From: a virus
Lineage: Duplodnaviria; Caudoviricetes
Reading direction: 5' to 3' (one strand)
Virus record (IMG/VR): IMGVR_UViG_3300027715_000022
Location: 1 to 34,131 of that record
Length of the DNA: 34,131 nt
The notes under the pieces are model-generated. The model did no database searches and was not told the origin of the DNA. It worked only from the letters and a program-made list of their open reading frames with translations. Within the stretch, counting starts at the first letter, position 1; the number at the start of each line of letters is the position of its first letter. The translations under genes were made by a program, and so were the position numbers. This document shows positions 18,004-25,558 of this stretch, one piece after another.

Positions 18004-18128
18004 CCTCCATAGCTTTTTATGCTGGTCGCTGCCAGCTGGATTCAGTTGTTCTTTATGCCCTGCAACATATAAAAGGGCAGTGGAGCCATAACCCCGGCTC
18101 TGAGGGAGATTATCGACCACTTCCTTTG
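18004..18128 (-). ncRNA. Structured cis-regulatory leader with tandem H-type pseudoknots upstream of GP20 gene (possibly GP20-a/b-like motif)
   Basis: Three stem/loop-tail pairing sets: CCC/GGG with GAGCC/GGCTC; TGCCCT/AGGGCA with GTTG/CAAC; GCTGG/CCAGC with AGC/GCT abutting the RBS. Confidence 0.5.
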
Positions 18129-18146
18129 CTAAAGATTTTGGGCAAT

Positions 18147-18169
18147 AAAAAAGCACCGGTTAGGGTGCT
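18147..18169 (-). terminator. Intrinsic terminator
   Basis: AGCACC-CTAACC-GGTGCT followed by a T-tract. Confidence 0.7.
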
Positions 18170-18172
18170 GTG

Positions 18173-18385
18173 CTACTTCTTAATAAATAAGAATTCCTCG
18201 ATAAAAATAGGGGCGTTGATCATTTTTAAATCATCATCATATTTCCCACAAACATAATCGACTTTGTTTTTCACATTATCGTTGATAATCATTTCTTTGG
18301 TTCCATCTGGCATTCTTATGCCAAGAATCACCTTGCAATTCTCTGCACCATTTGCGGCGTTTACAAACAATTCTTTTAATGTCAT
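18173..18385 (-). CDS. Small conserved phage protein
   Basis: IRMPDG..EMIIN...K..Y....YDDDL pattern; AGGAG RBS. Confidence 0.65.
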   Translation of the reverse strand: MTLKELFVNAANGAENCKVILGIRMPDGTKEMIINDNVKNKVDYVCGKYDDDLKMINAPIFIEEFLFIKK

Positions 18386-18386
18386 T

Positions 18387-18530
18387 TTATTTTTCTCCTT
18401 CTTTCAGTTTTCCATCATCATCAAAATAAATAGGATCAGCGGCAATCAATTTGAATTCGCCACCTTCTTTTACTTCATAGATTTTCATGTTTTTGATTTT
18501 AAATCTTCCTAATTCATCGGTTTCAAGCAT
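18387..18530 (-). CDS. Hypothetical protein (47 aa)
   Basis: Likely start MLETDELG at 18530 after GAAGGAAA; overlaps upstream stop. Confidence 0.5.
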   Translation of the reverse strand: MLETDELGRFKIKNMKIYEVKEGGEFKLIAADPIYFDDDGKLKEGEK

Positions 18531-18744
18531 GTGATTTTCCTTCTCTCTGGCACATACCATTATCTTTATACTTACAATCCCACCGATCCCTACAAAACTT
18601 GCAACTTTCATTTTTGGGATAATCCGTAAAATTGACCCCAATATATAGCAGGCAGCCAGTTTGTTTGTAGGGATCTCTTAGCGATGGGTCAAGGCAGGCG
18701 CCATCCCGATTATGCTGGCACATTGAGTGAATGCAGTCGTTCAT
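18523..18744 (-). CDS. Cys-rich hypothetical protein (73 aa)
   Basis: MNDCIHSMCQH...C...C...CKFC....C......C; ATGA-coupled to upstream ORF. Confidence 0.55.
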   Translation of the reverse strand: MNDCIHSMCQHNRDGACLDPSLRDPYKQTGCLLYIGVNFTDYPKNESCKFCRDRWDCKYKDNGMCQREGKSHA

Positions 18745-18914
18745 ATCCAGCCCCACCAAATCATTATTTTTAACCAGATGAAAACAGTAACGAACTGGCA
18801 TAATAGATTAATTGTCAAAACTAAAAAGTTACGCAAAAACGGGTGTTTCCTTGCAAATTCTTCCTCTGGCGTTTCGTCCTTTAGAACGACTATTCTTTTT
18901 CCGCTCATGGTCAT
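18741..18914 (-). CDS. Small membrane protein (57 aa)
   Basis: Not in track: MTMSGKRIVVLKDETPEEEFARKHPFLRNFLVLTINLLCQFVTVFIWLKIMIWWGWI; ATGA overlaps at both ends. Confidence 0.55.
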   Translation of the reverse strand: MTMSGKRIVVLKDETPEEEFARKHPFLRNFLVLTINLLCQFVTVFIWLKIMIWWGWI

Positions 18915-18982
18915 TCACGCTTTTCGAGAATCGGCGCAACTCCTAATAACTTCTTTAGAAGCTGGATTATCTTTTCTTTCAT
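18911..18982 (-). CDS. 23-aa peptide MKEKIIQLLKKLLGVAPILEKRE
   Basis: Strong GAAAGGAG RBS; stop overlaps the next ATG. Confidence 0.45.
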   Translation of the reverse strand: MKEKIIQLLKKLLGVAPILEKRE

Positions 18983-19011
18983 TGGTTTACTCCTTTCAAA
19001 TTTCGGGCATT

Positions 19012-19045
19012 AAAAAACCACCTAACTTTTTACAGTTGGTGGTTT
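19012..19045 (-). terminator. Intrinsic terminator after HNH gene
   Basis: AAACCACC-AACT...AGTT-A-GGTGGTTT followed by a T-tract. Confidence 0.7.
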
Positions 19046-19052
19046 AGTTATT

Positions 19053-20132
19053 TTATTTGATCGTTTTTAAATGTGCTTCAAAGTCTTCTTTAGTCGTTTT
19101 GCCCCACCCAAACTTTTCATGAAAATCAATGTGGCATTTTTCGCATAAAGTAACACCGTTATCAATGTCATATCTAAATTCAGGGTACTCAGTGTAAGAC
19201 ATTAAATGATGAGCGACAATTGTACCCTTAGTTTCCCCGCAAATTTTGCAAGTGTTAGAGTCTCTCGCCTTTACACCTTTTTTAAAGCGAGCATCTAAAT
19301 ATGTTTTTCTTTGCAAAACCCTTTGTTCGTCGGTAATATCAGGATTCCAAAGGACGTTATTTTCCCTAATAACTCCATACATCGGGTTATTTTCGCCTTT
19401 CTTCCTTTCGCTGGCGCCTTCTCTGTATTCCGACGTGCTTTGAGTTTCTCTTGATTTCCTTACAGATGCTTCGCTTTGTAAATTATTTTTAGCCAAATTC
19501 CGCGATAATTCCCGGCGTTCTTCATTGTCGATCCATTGAACTTTTATGGCTTCGCTACCGTGTCTCAGTGGTATATTAAACTTTTTTAGCCATCTATTCA
19601 CCGATGACATATTATTTATATCGCCGTAAATCTCAACCGCCAATTGCCGTATAGTTCGCTTTTCGACCACATATCTTGTGTATAGGAACTCCCTTGGATT
19701 TTCACCAAATAAATTTTCTAATCGTTTCAACGACTTACAATTATTACAGCCTCTGTTCTTCCTCAACACAGAATGCGGTGTTGATACCCATTTATATCCA
19801 CAGATAGAGCATTCAAATTCCATTTTTGTTTCGTTATCGATGTAATCCCCAATAAAAATAATTTCAGGGTGCATAGCGTGCAATCGTTCCGCAAACTCCT
19901 CGTTTGTGAGTTTTATTTTATTGTTTTTTCTTGTTTTTGCGCACACAGGACAGCCCGTCCCAGCACAAATTACAGTCCTCGGTGAAGCGCTCCAGATAAA
20001 ACCGCATTCATTACACAGAAATTCAGTTTTAGTGTTATTATTACTGTATTTTCCTAACGACTTTATTTTTCCGTCACTTTTTTCAACCACTTCTTTTTCA
20101 AACTGTTCTTGCGTTTTTCTATTTTTCCGCAT
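19053..20132 (-). CDS. Free-standing HNH homing endonuclease (two Zn-ribbon repeats, HTH-like segment, NUMOD3-like motif, C-terminal HNH)
   Basis: CNECG..W...GCPVC and CSICG..W...GCNNC repeats; KKGENNPMYG; RDSNTCKICG...AHH...YPEFRYDIDNGVTLCEKCHIDFH. Confidence 0.88.
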   Translation of the reverse strand: MRKNRKTQEQFEKEVVEKSDGKIKSLGKYSNNNTKTEFLCNECGFIWSASPRTVICAGTGCPVCAKTRKNNKIKLTNEEFAERLHAMHPEIIFIGDYIDNETKMEFECSICGYKWVSTPHSVLRKNRGCNNCKSLKRLENLFGENPREFLYTRYVVEKRTIRQLAVEIYGDINNMSSVNRWLKKFNIPLRHGSEAIKVQWIDNEERRELSRNLAKNNLQSEASVRKSRETQSTSEYREGASERKKGENNPMYGVIRENNVLWNPDITDEQRVLQRKTYLDARFKKGVKARDSNTCKICGETKGTIVAHHLMSYTEYPEFRYDIDNGVTLCEKCHIDFHEKFGWGKTTKEDFEAHLKTIK

Positions 20133-20248
20133 TAAAAATAACCCTCCCTAGGTTCAATTATTTCCCAATATTAAATTGTCAGTATGCAGGAGGGTACTTG
20201 GGAAAATACTTTTCACAAAGGGTAATTAATCCTTTGCTATCCTGCCCC
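20133..20248 (-). ncRNA. Putative structured RNA leader of the HNH gene
   Basis: GCAGGA/TCCTGC closing stem, CAAAGG/CCTTTG hairpin, TTTCCCAA/TTGGGAAA pseudoknot, ACCCTCC/GGAGGGT anti-RBS pairing. Confidence 0.55.
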
Positions 20249-20251
20249 TGT

Positions 20252-20280
20252 ATTATATCATTTTTGCCACTACTTTACAA
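20252..20280 (-). promoter_or_regulatory. Sigma-A promoter for HNH gene
   Basis: TTGTAA (20280-20275), 17-bp spacer, extended -10 TGaTATAAT (TATAAT 20257-20252). Confidence 0.75.
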
Positions 20281-21304
20281 ACTTCTTTTGCCATTCGTTA
20301 TAAGTCATATTTGCGGGAACGGTTATGGTTTTTCCGTTTTCGTCTCTTGCCGCTCTCATCTCAGGAATACCGAAATCTTCAGAAAATGAGGGCGATTGAA
20401 ATGTCCTACAACGACCGTGAAACGGACTTGCGGTGACACCTGGCTCAAAATCTTTTAAGTCAAATACTTTACCATTCATCATTTGGCAAATAGAACTTGT
20501 TTTAGAATCTAGGGTGGCCACAATCTCATATTTTTCAACCCCCAAATTAGAGAAACTGTCTCTTTGCGAAGCGCTTGAAAAAAAAGCCGATTCAGTAATG
20601 ACCAGATTCTTTGCCTGCGATTTTGAGACGTTGAACCGTTCGGCCAATAACTTACTCGTCTTAGCGTACCCGTCGCCCCTGATCGTCGCCTGGGTGAGAA
20701 TAGAGGGCATCTCAGCCATTAGTTTATTCTTATCCCGCCAGATCCTTGATGAAAAGTTTTGTCCGTCAGGGGCCCATGGTTTCGCAATCAGCTTAGCAAT
20801 CTTATTATCATCCAGCTTCATCACATCGAAACCGACTCCGAACCCCTTTTGAAACTCAAACATAGTTTTGTAATACCCGGCCTTGTACTGGTTGGCAATG
20901 AACTGATCAAAGGTGTCCAACTCATAGCCGTACATGACTTCTATTTGCTGCTGCATCTGCAATTGCAGTGATTCCAGTCGGGTCACATGGAATTTAGCAG
21001 AGGCCCGCTCTAACTCTTTAGCCCACTGGTCGGAGTAGGGAAGGGTTTTCCCCTTCTTGATATACTCATTAACATCCATCTTGAATGCTGATAATTCGCC
21101 TTTAGTCAGGACCTGTTTGGCTTCGGCATAAGAAATGTTTTCGTTTTTGGCGAACCGGGCATACCAGGCGGCCAGTTCTTTATCAACATTGCGGGCCGCT
21201 CTGCTGAATTCGTCTTCCAGCGTGGCGTAATAATCAAGGGCCTTATTGTTTTGGGCGTCTTCCAGTTGAGTGAAACGGTTCTTCCAGTAATCAACCTGTT
21301 TCAT
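20270..21304 (-). CDS. Minor head protein, SPP1 gp7 / MuF family (short form, no toxin extension)
   Basis: YWKNRF, NFSSRIW, LVITESA, ATLDSKTSSIC, PFHGRCR, MTYNEW. Confidence 0.88.
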   Translation of the reverse strand: MKQVDYWKNRFTQLEDAQNNKALDYYATLEDEFSRAARNVDKELAAWYARFAKNENISYAEAKQVLTKGELSAFKMDVNEYIKKGKTLPYSDQWAKELERASAKFHVTRLESLQLQMQQQIEVMYGYELDTFDQFIANQYKAGYYKTMFEFQKGFGVGFDVMKLDDNKIAKLIAKPWAPDGQNFSSRIWRDKNKLMAEMPSILTQATIRGDGYAKTSKLLAERFNVSKSQAKNLVITESAFFSSASQRDSFSNLGVEKYEIVATLDSKTSSICQMMNGKVFDLKDFEPGVTASPFHGRCRTFQSPSFSEDFGIPEMRAARDENGKTITVPANMTYNEWQKKFVK

Positions 21305-22763
21305 CGTCGTTCACCTGCTGTTCCAGGGGGAAGGCCCCGTAAGAATCGACCGCCTGTGCTGCTTCTTGTTTTAATCTGTCCAGCTCTTCAATGACATCAT
21401 CAACAAAAGGATGTTTAGCCAGGATCGTTTCTTTACTGACAAGGCCGCTCGATTTCTGACAATTATCAATCAATTCACTGGTATTAATCAGCACATTTCT
21501 ATTGAATGTGATCTCAAAATCAACGGCTGAATAATCTTTTCCCAGAGTATTGTTAATATGGGCATCAATGAAAAATGCCAGTTCTTCCAGGCTTGCCTGA
21601 TACTCCGTTTCCATATCGTCGGCGTCAAGGTCAATATCCGAATACATGCTTTGAATATTCATCTGGTTCGGGTTTCCACTCATGCGGTCGTCCTTGGCAT
21701 CATAGCCCCGGGCATTCTCGATCAATGCTTTTTTAAACAGCTCAAGGATCGCTTTGAAGTTCTCAGATGTAAAGGCAATGGTCAGGGTAGAGACACCGCC
21801 ATGGCTCCCGTCTTCAGATCTTACTTTTACCGCCCCAAACTGAGCCAGATTCTGCCTAAACTCACTGAGATCGGCCCCGTCGTAGTTTTCCAGTACGATG
21901 ATGGTATTCCAGGCGTCCTCCTGCATTCGGTTCTCAAAATCGGACAACATAATATTAATACCGTCTTGGAGACTTTTAACCCGCTTGATCAGTGGCGTTT
22001 CTTTGTTGTTCGCCTTAAATGCGATCAGAGGGATCTTACCCCAGTTATACCGCTCGGCGTCGTCACCATTCTCAATAATCAAATAATCGCTGTGCGGGTT
22101 CTCTGGATCAGGGATCAGGCGGCCATCGTCAAGGGTGTAGCGGTCAATACCTTGTTTCGTATAGACCTCGACCTTTTCAACCAGCTCCCGGGTCTCGTTG
22201 TCTTTGTAGACATCAACCTCGTAGAGTCTCACCGCGTATTCCAGATCGGTGTGATCCTTGTCGTTCCAGAATGGTAGGATCTCGTAAGCCTCAAACCGTT
22301 TAAATCTAAGTTTACCGTCTTCCCCGTAAAAAGGGTGGACCCATCCTTTGCCCTGGTTAAACGCATCCTCTGTGACGTTTTTAAGGGTACGGATAAAGGC
22401 TTTGTCGAAAACATCTTTCAACGCTTCAACATAAGTCTCATCATCGCTGGTAATTGTGAAGGGTTTACCAACCAGGTAGTTCTTTTTCTGATCCACCATC
22501 TTTGCGTATTGATTATCGATGATCTTATTATTGGGCAGGTTTTCCAACTCTACTGTTGCGCCGTCTTTGGCAATCATTGTTCGATTACGGAATAAGATCT
22601 CATGCTCATTGCTGTAATACTTTTCGCCGGTTATTTGCAGTGCCCGTTCAGGCCCAGCTTTCCACCGGGATATTTCCAGTTCCAGGAATCTCAGGTCGCT
22701 GATAACGTTCTGGGCTCCCTGGGTAATGATTGCATTGAGCCGTGATGTTTCGGATATAATCAA
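21291..22763 (-). CDS. Portal protein, SPP1 gp6 family
   Basis: TTG start at 22763 after AAAGGAGG; NNKI..N...MVDQK..YLVGKP, WGKIPLI.FKAN, ITFNRN, SKETILAKHPFV. Confidence 0.9.
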   Translation of the reverse strand: MIISETSRLNAIITQGAQNVISDLRFLELEISRWKAGPERALQITGEKYYSNEHEILFRNRTMIAKDGATVELENLPNNKIIDNQYAKMVDQKKNYLVGKPFTITSDDETYVEALKDVFDKAFIRTLKNVTEDAFNQGKGWVHPFYGEDGKLRFKRFEAYEILPFWNDKDHTDLEYAVRLYEVDVYKDNETRELVEKVEVYTKQGIDRYTLDDGRLIPDPENPHSDYLIIENGDDAERYNWGKIPLIAFKANNKETPLIKRVKSLQDGINIMLSDFENRMQEDAWNTIIVLENYDGADLSEFRQNLAQFGAVKVRSEDGSHGGVSTLTIAFTSENFKAILELFKKALIENARGYDAKDDRMSGNPNQMNIQSMYSDIDLDADDMETEYQASLEELAFFIDAHINNTLGKDYSAVDFEITFNRNVLINTSELIDNCQKSSGLVSKETILAKHPFVDDVIEELDRLKQEAAQAVDSYGAFPLEQQVNDDETG

Positions 22764-22789
22764 GTTACCGCCTCCTTTCAAAATGTTGT

Positions 22790-24034
22790 TTAGTCGAAAC
22801 TGAATGTCGCGCCAACCGTGTAGGCTTCTAATCCGTACCTCATGGCATCCATGAGGTGGTTGAAGTCATCAATCGGTCTATTCAGCTTTCCGCCGTATTT
22901 ATCTGTATCCCACGAATAGTTGTTAATCTCGGTTAAAAAATTCACACAGCGGGGGTGGATGATTATTTTATAATTCTGGATAAATTGAATCCCATTGTTA
23001 ATGCTATCTTTTCCTTTTCGGGCGCCTTTGACTCGGTACAGCCCATGGTCTCTTAGTTCTTGAATTGACTTAGGCTCTGCACTATCGGCTATTATTTTTT
23101 CTTTAATGTATCCCATTCGGTTGATCTCATCGAATATCATCTTGTTCGTGAATCCTGTCTTATAAAGCTCGTCAAACACATAAATAACATCTTCTTTTTG
23201 ATCCAGCAAACCACAAAATAAAGCCGTTGGGTCGTTAGTGTATCCAAAGTCCAGCCCGAATATCGGTTTAATGTCGGGGCGATCCTTGGTTATTTCACGG
23301 GTCAGGAAAGATTCCTCAACAAAATTTTCGTATACCAGGCCCTCAGCGATCCCCCAATTGCCCAGGCCCTCAATCGAAAACCTCCGGGGGTGCTTCACTT
23401 TCATTTCCTCAAAGAGCGAAATGTCATCGCCGCCAAGAAATTCGTTACAGCGATAATCCGTTGTCATCGCTAAAATGTTCTGATCCGGGGTATCAAAGAA
23501 CCTTTTCTTCATCCAGTGTTTCTCAGACCAGGGGTTAAAGGTCAATGTGATTTGCTTGAAATAACCCTTTGGCAACTCACCACGAATTGACATATCTACT
23601 TTGTTGAAGGCGTCCTCGTCCAACACTTGAAAGGCTTCTTCGAACCAAGCCCAGCAAATAAAACCTTTTTCAACTGTGATAGATGTGATCCCCATCGGAT
23701 CATCGAGACCACGAAAAAGAATCTTTTGACCGGTGGGAATATAGGTCGCTTCCAGCGGTGACTTACTGAAATACCAGAGGTGGGAAACATTAAGGTTGTA
23801 GGTCGCCCATTTTAACTGGGTCCAGGTTGAATCTTTATGGGTATTAAACACCCGTCGGACCACCAGAGTGTTGGCCAGGGGGTATTTCATCATGTTGTAA
23901 ATAAACCACTGGGCCGCCGTTGTGGATTTCTTAGACCCACGGCCTCCTTTTACGGCCCGGTAGCGGCCTTTGAAGTCCCAGAATGTTTTATAACCTTTGC
24001 CGATTTTATCAGGCAAATTAACTCTAATCCTCAA
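22790..24034 (-). CDS. terL: Terminase large subunit, PBSX family
   Basis: Walker A GGRGSKKS, Walker B WFEEA, TFNP, nuclease GLDFGYTNDP, ADSAEPKSI, NHLMDAMRY; start TTG 24034 or ATG 24040. Confidence 0.93.
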   Translation of the reverse strand: MRIRVNLPDKIGKGYKTFWDFKGRYRAVKGGRGSKKSTTAAQWFIYNMMKYPLANTLVVRRVFNTHKDSTWTQLKWATYNLNVSHLWYFSKSPLEATYIPTGQKILFRGLDDPMGITSITVEKGFICWAWFEEAFQVLDEDAFNKVDMSIRGELPKGYFKQITLTFNPWSEKHWMKKRFFDTPDQNILAMTTDYRCNEFLGGDDISLFEEMKVKHPRRFSIEGLGNWGIAEGLVYENFVEESFLTREITKDRPDIKPIFGLDFGYTNDPTALFCGLLDQKEDVIYVFDELYKTGFTNKMIFDEINRMGYIKEKIIADSAEPKSIQELRDHGLYRVKGARKGKDSINNGIQFIQNYKIIIHPRCVNFLTEINNYSWDTDKYGGKLNRPIDDFNHLMDAMRYGLEAYTVGATFSFD

Positions 24035-24476
24035 GCTCATCTTCTCCACCAAACACGACAACTTGATTGACATCGGCCTCGATCTTGTCGATGAAGAGGC
24101 GGTAGCGCTTGCCTAATAGTTCGGCGCATTTATTTGAATCTTTGATTGAGATCTGTTTCTTTATCTTCCTTGCTTCTGAACATCCGTCACCGGATCCTTC
24201 TATCACGACGACTTCTTCTTCGAGTTCCATTCTCATTCCTTTGGTCAAATACTTCAGAACTTCTGTGGCGTCAGCTATTTCTTTACTTTGGAGACCCGCC
24301 ATAATGTCGTTAATTCTATTTTTGATATATTCTTTTCCGAGTAATCTTCTGCCATTTGCTTCAGCGATGACTTTACTCTTGGCTTTGTATCCTGCGTTCA
24401 CGTAAGCTTGCCCGGTAAAGCCTGTCTTGATATATTCAAGACAAAATTTCTCTTGCTTAGGAGTTAACTTTTGCAT
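24024..24476 (-). CDS. terS: Terminase small subunit
   Basis: LTPKQEKFCLEY...AYVNAGY, IADATEVLKYLT, AELLGKRY. Confidence 0.88.
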   Translation of the reverse strand: MQKLTPKQEKFCLEYIKTGFTGQAYVNAGYKAKSKVIAEANGRRLLGKEYIKNRINDIMAGLQSKEIADATEVLKYLTKGMRMELEEEVVVIEGSGDGCSEARKIKKQISIKDSNKCAELLGKRYRLFIDKIEADVNQVVVFGGEDELED

Positions 24477-24948
24477 CTAGTTTCCCCCTCATCAAATATA
24501 TACTTTGATCATTCTCGTGCTCTTTTATATGACACTCGAGACAAAGACACATTCCGTTTTCAACAGAAATTCTCCCCAATGGATAATCAGCCCATTTAAT
24601 GATGTGGTGGGCCTCTAAATCATTCAAGCTTCCACATTGCTCGCAATGCCTGATCTTTAATACTTCTTTTTTCCATTTTCTGACACGGTTATCTTCTCTC
24701 GATACAGGATAAATATGATCATCTTCAAGCAAGAATGTATAGAAGTCTTTCGTCAATAGCGCTTTCAATAAAAGTAAAGCGGCTTGTTTTCGATAAATGT
24801 TAAAATCACCAACTAATACCGCAACGCTTTCAAGTATTACGCCAAGCGGGTCTTCGATCAATTCGAAATTATAAAGCCTCATAATTGCCCTGGTGGCATT
24901 AAGATCAATCAAGTATTCATCAGCAAAGCGTTTCTGTTTTTCGGTCAA
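24457..24948 (-). CDS. HNH endonuclease fused to a TerS N-terminal remnant
   Basis: TTG start after AAAGGAGG; first 21 aa LTEKQKRFADEYLIDLNATRA match the canonical TerS start; C-terminal CEQCG..LEAHH..YPLGR..NGMCLCLECHIKEH. Confidence 0.8.
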   Translation of the reverse strand: MTEKQKRFADEYLIDLNATRAIMRLYNFELIEDPLGVILESVAVLVGDFNIYRKQAALLLLKALLTKDFYTFLLEDDHIYPVSREDNRVRKWKKEVLKIRHCEQCGSLNDLEAHHIIKWADYPLGRISVENGMCLCLECHIKEHENDQSIYLMRGKLDAKVNS

Positions 24949-24973
24949 ATTGCCACCTCCTTTCGGGCGCATT

Positions 24974-24999
24974 AAAAAAGACACCCTTGCGGATGCCTT
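24974..24999 (-). terminator. Terminator-like hairpin in late leader
   Basis: AAGGCATCC-GCAA-GGGTGTCTT followed by a T-tract. Confidence 0.65.
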
Positions 25000-25021
25000 A
25001 ACGTTTTTATTTCATGCTACC

Positions 25022-25056
25022 ATAATATCACGATCGCATGGCTCATTGTAGCTCAT
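25022..25056 (-). promoter_or_regulatory. Putative activator-dependent late promoter
   Basis: Extended -10 TGaTATTAT (25027-25022); no -35, but ATGAGC direct repeats 10 bp apart (25056-25051, 25046-25041) at the end of the regulator gene. Confidence 0.55.
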
Positions 25057-25558
25057 GTTTCAAAATTTCCAATGCTTCATTGTGTAATCTCCTGACATGC
25101 TGGTAAGAGTATTTCATTTCACAGCATATTTGCTCAAGGTATAAACCGTCCACGTACTTGTAATAAAGCACCAGTTGTAATTTATCATCAGGAACGGCGT
25201 TAATGGCTTTTCCTATATCCGACCTAACTTTTATCGACTGTGATATTTTCTCTTTGATTTGGCACTGTATATCTGAAATTTCAGCTATGCAGTCGTCAAT
25301 TCCCATACTGCTTGGCCCATGAACAACCACCGGCATCATGTTATTGCGTCTCAGCTCCTGCCGGGTCATTGTAGCCAGGACTTTCTGATCCTTCTCTTTT
25401 TCGCTGTCATAATACTTAAAGTGTACCGGTGCCGGCACGGTATTGGACGCCCAGGACCGCCACCGCTCGGCTTCGGCTTCCAGGCGCTTAATCTGATTCT
25501 CTAAGATCCGGTACCGGCTTAACCATTTTACTTTTTCTGTTCGTTCTTCAGGTGTCAT
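25043..25558 (-). CDS. RinA/ArpU-like late transcriptional regulator (DUF1492-like)
   Basis: KVKWLSRY N-terminus; sigma4-like C-terminus LYYKYVDGL..EQIC.EM.YS..HV.RLH..AL; directly upstream of packaging genes. Confidence 0.8.
   Translation of the reverse strand: MTPEERTEKVKWLSRYRILENQIKRLEAEAERWRSWASNTVPAPVHFKYYDSEKEKDQKVLATMTRQELRRNNMMPVVVHGPSSMGIDDCIAEISDIQCQIKEKISQSIKVRSDIGKAINAVPDDKLQLVLYYKYVDGLYLEQICCEMKYSYQHVRRLHNEALEILKHELQ

Noticed and set aside
19053-20248. IscB/HEARO (OMEGA) element or group I intron
   Set aside because: No PLMP or RuvC motifs; the leader is much shorter than HEARO/omegaRNA; the flanking gene is not interrupted and no intron core is visible
19053-21304. MuF polymorphic toxin (gp7-HNH fusion)
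   Set aside because: gp7 ends with TAG at 20270, and the HNH has its own promoter, leader and RBS 137 nt downstream
21291-24984. Track starts at 22781, 24073 and 24984
   Set aside because: The extra N-terminal residues (e.g. KGGGN) are translated RBS sequence; TTG starts at 22763, 24034 and 24948 have proper SD spacing
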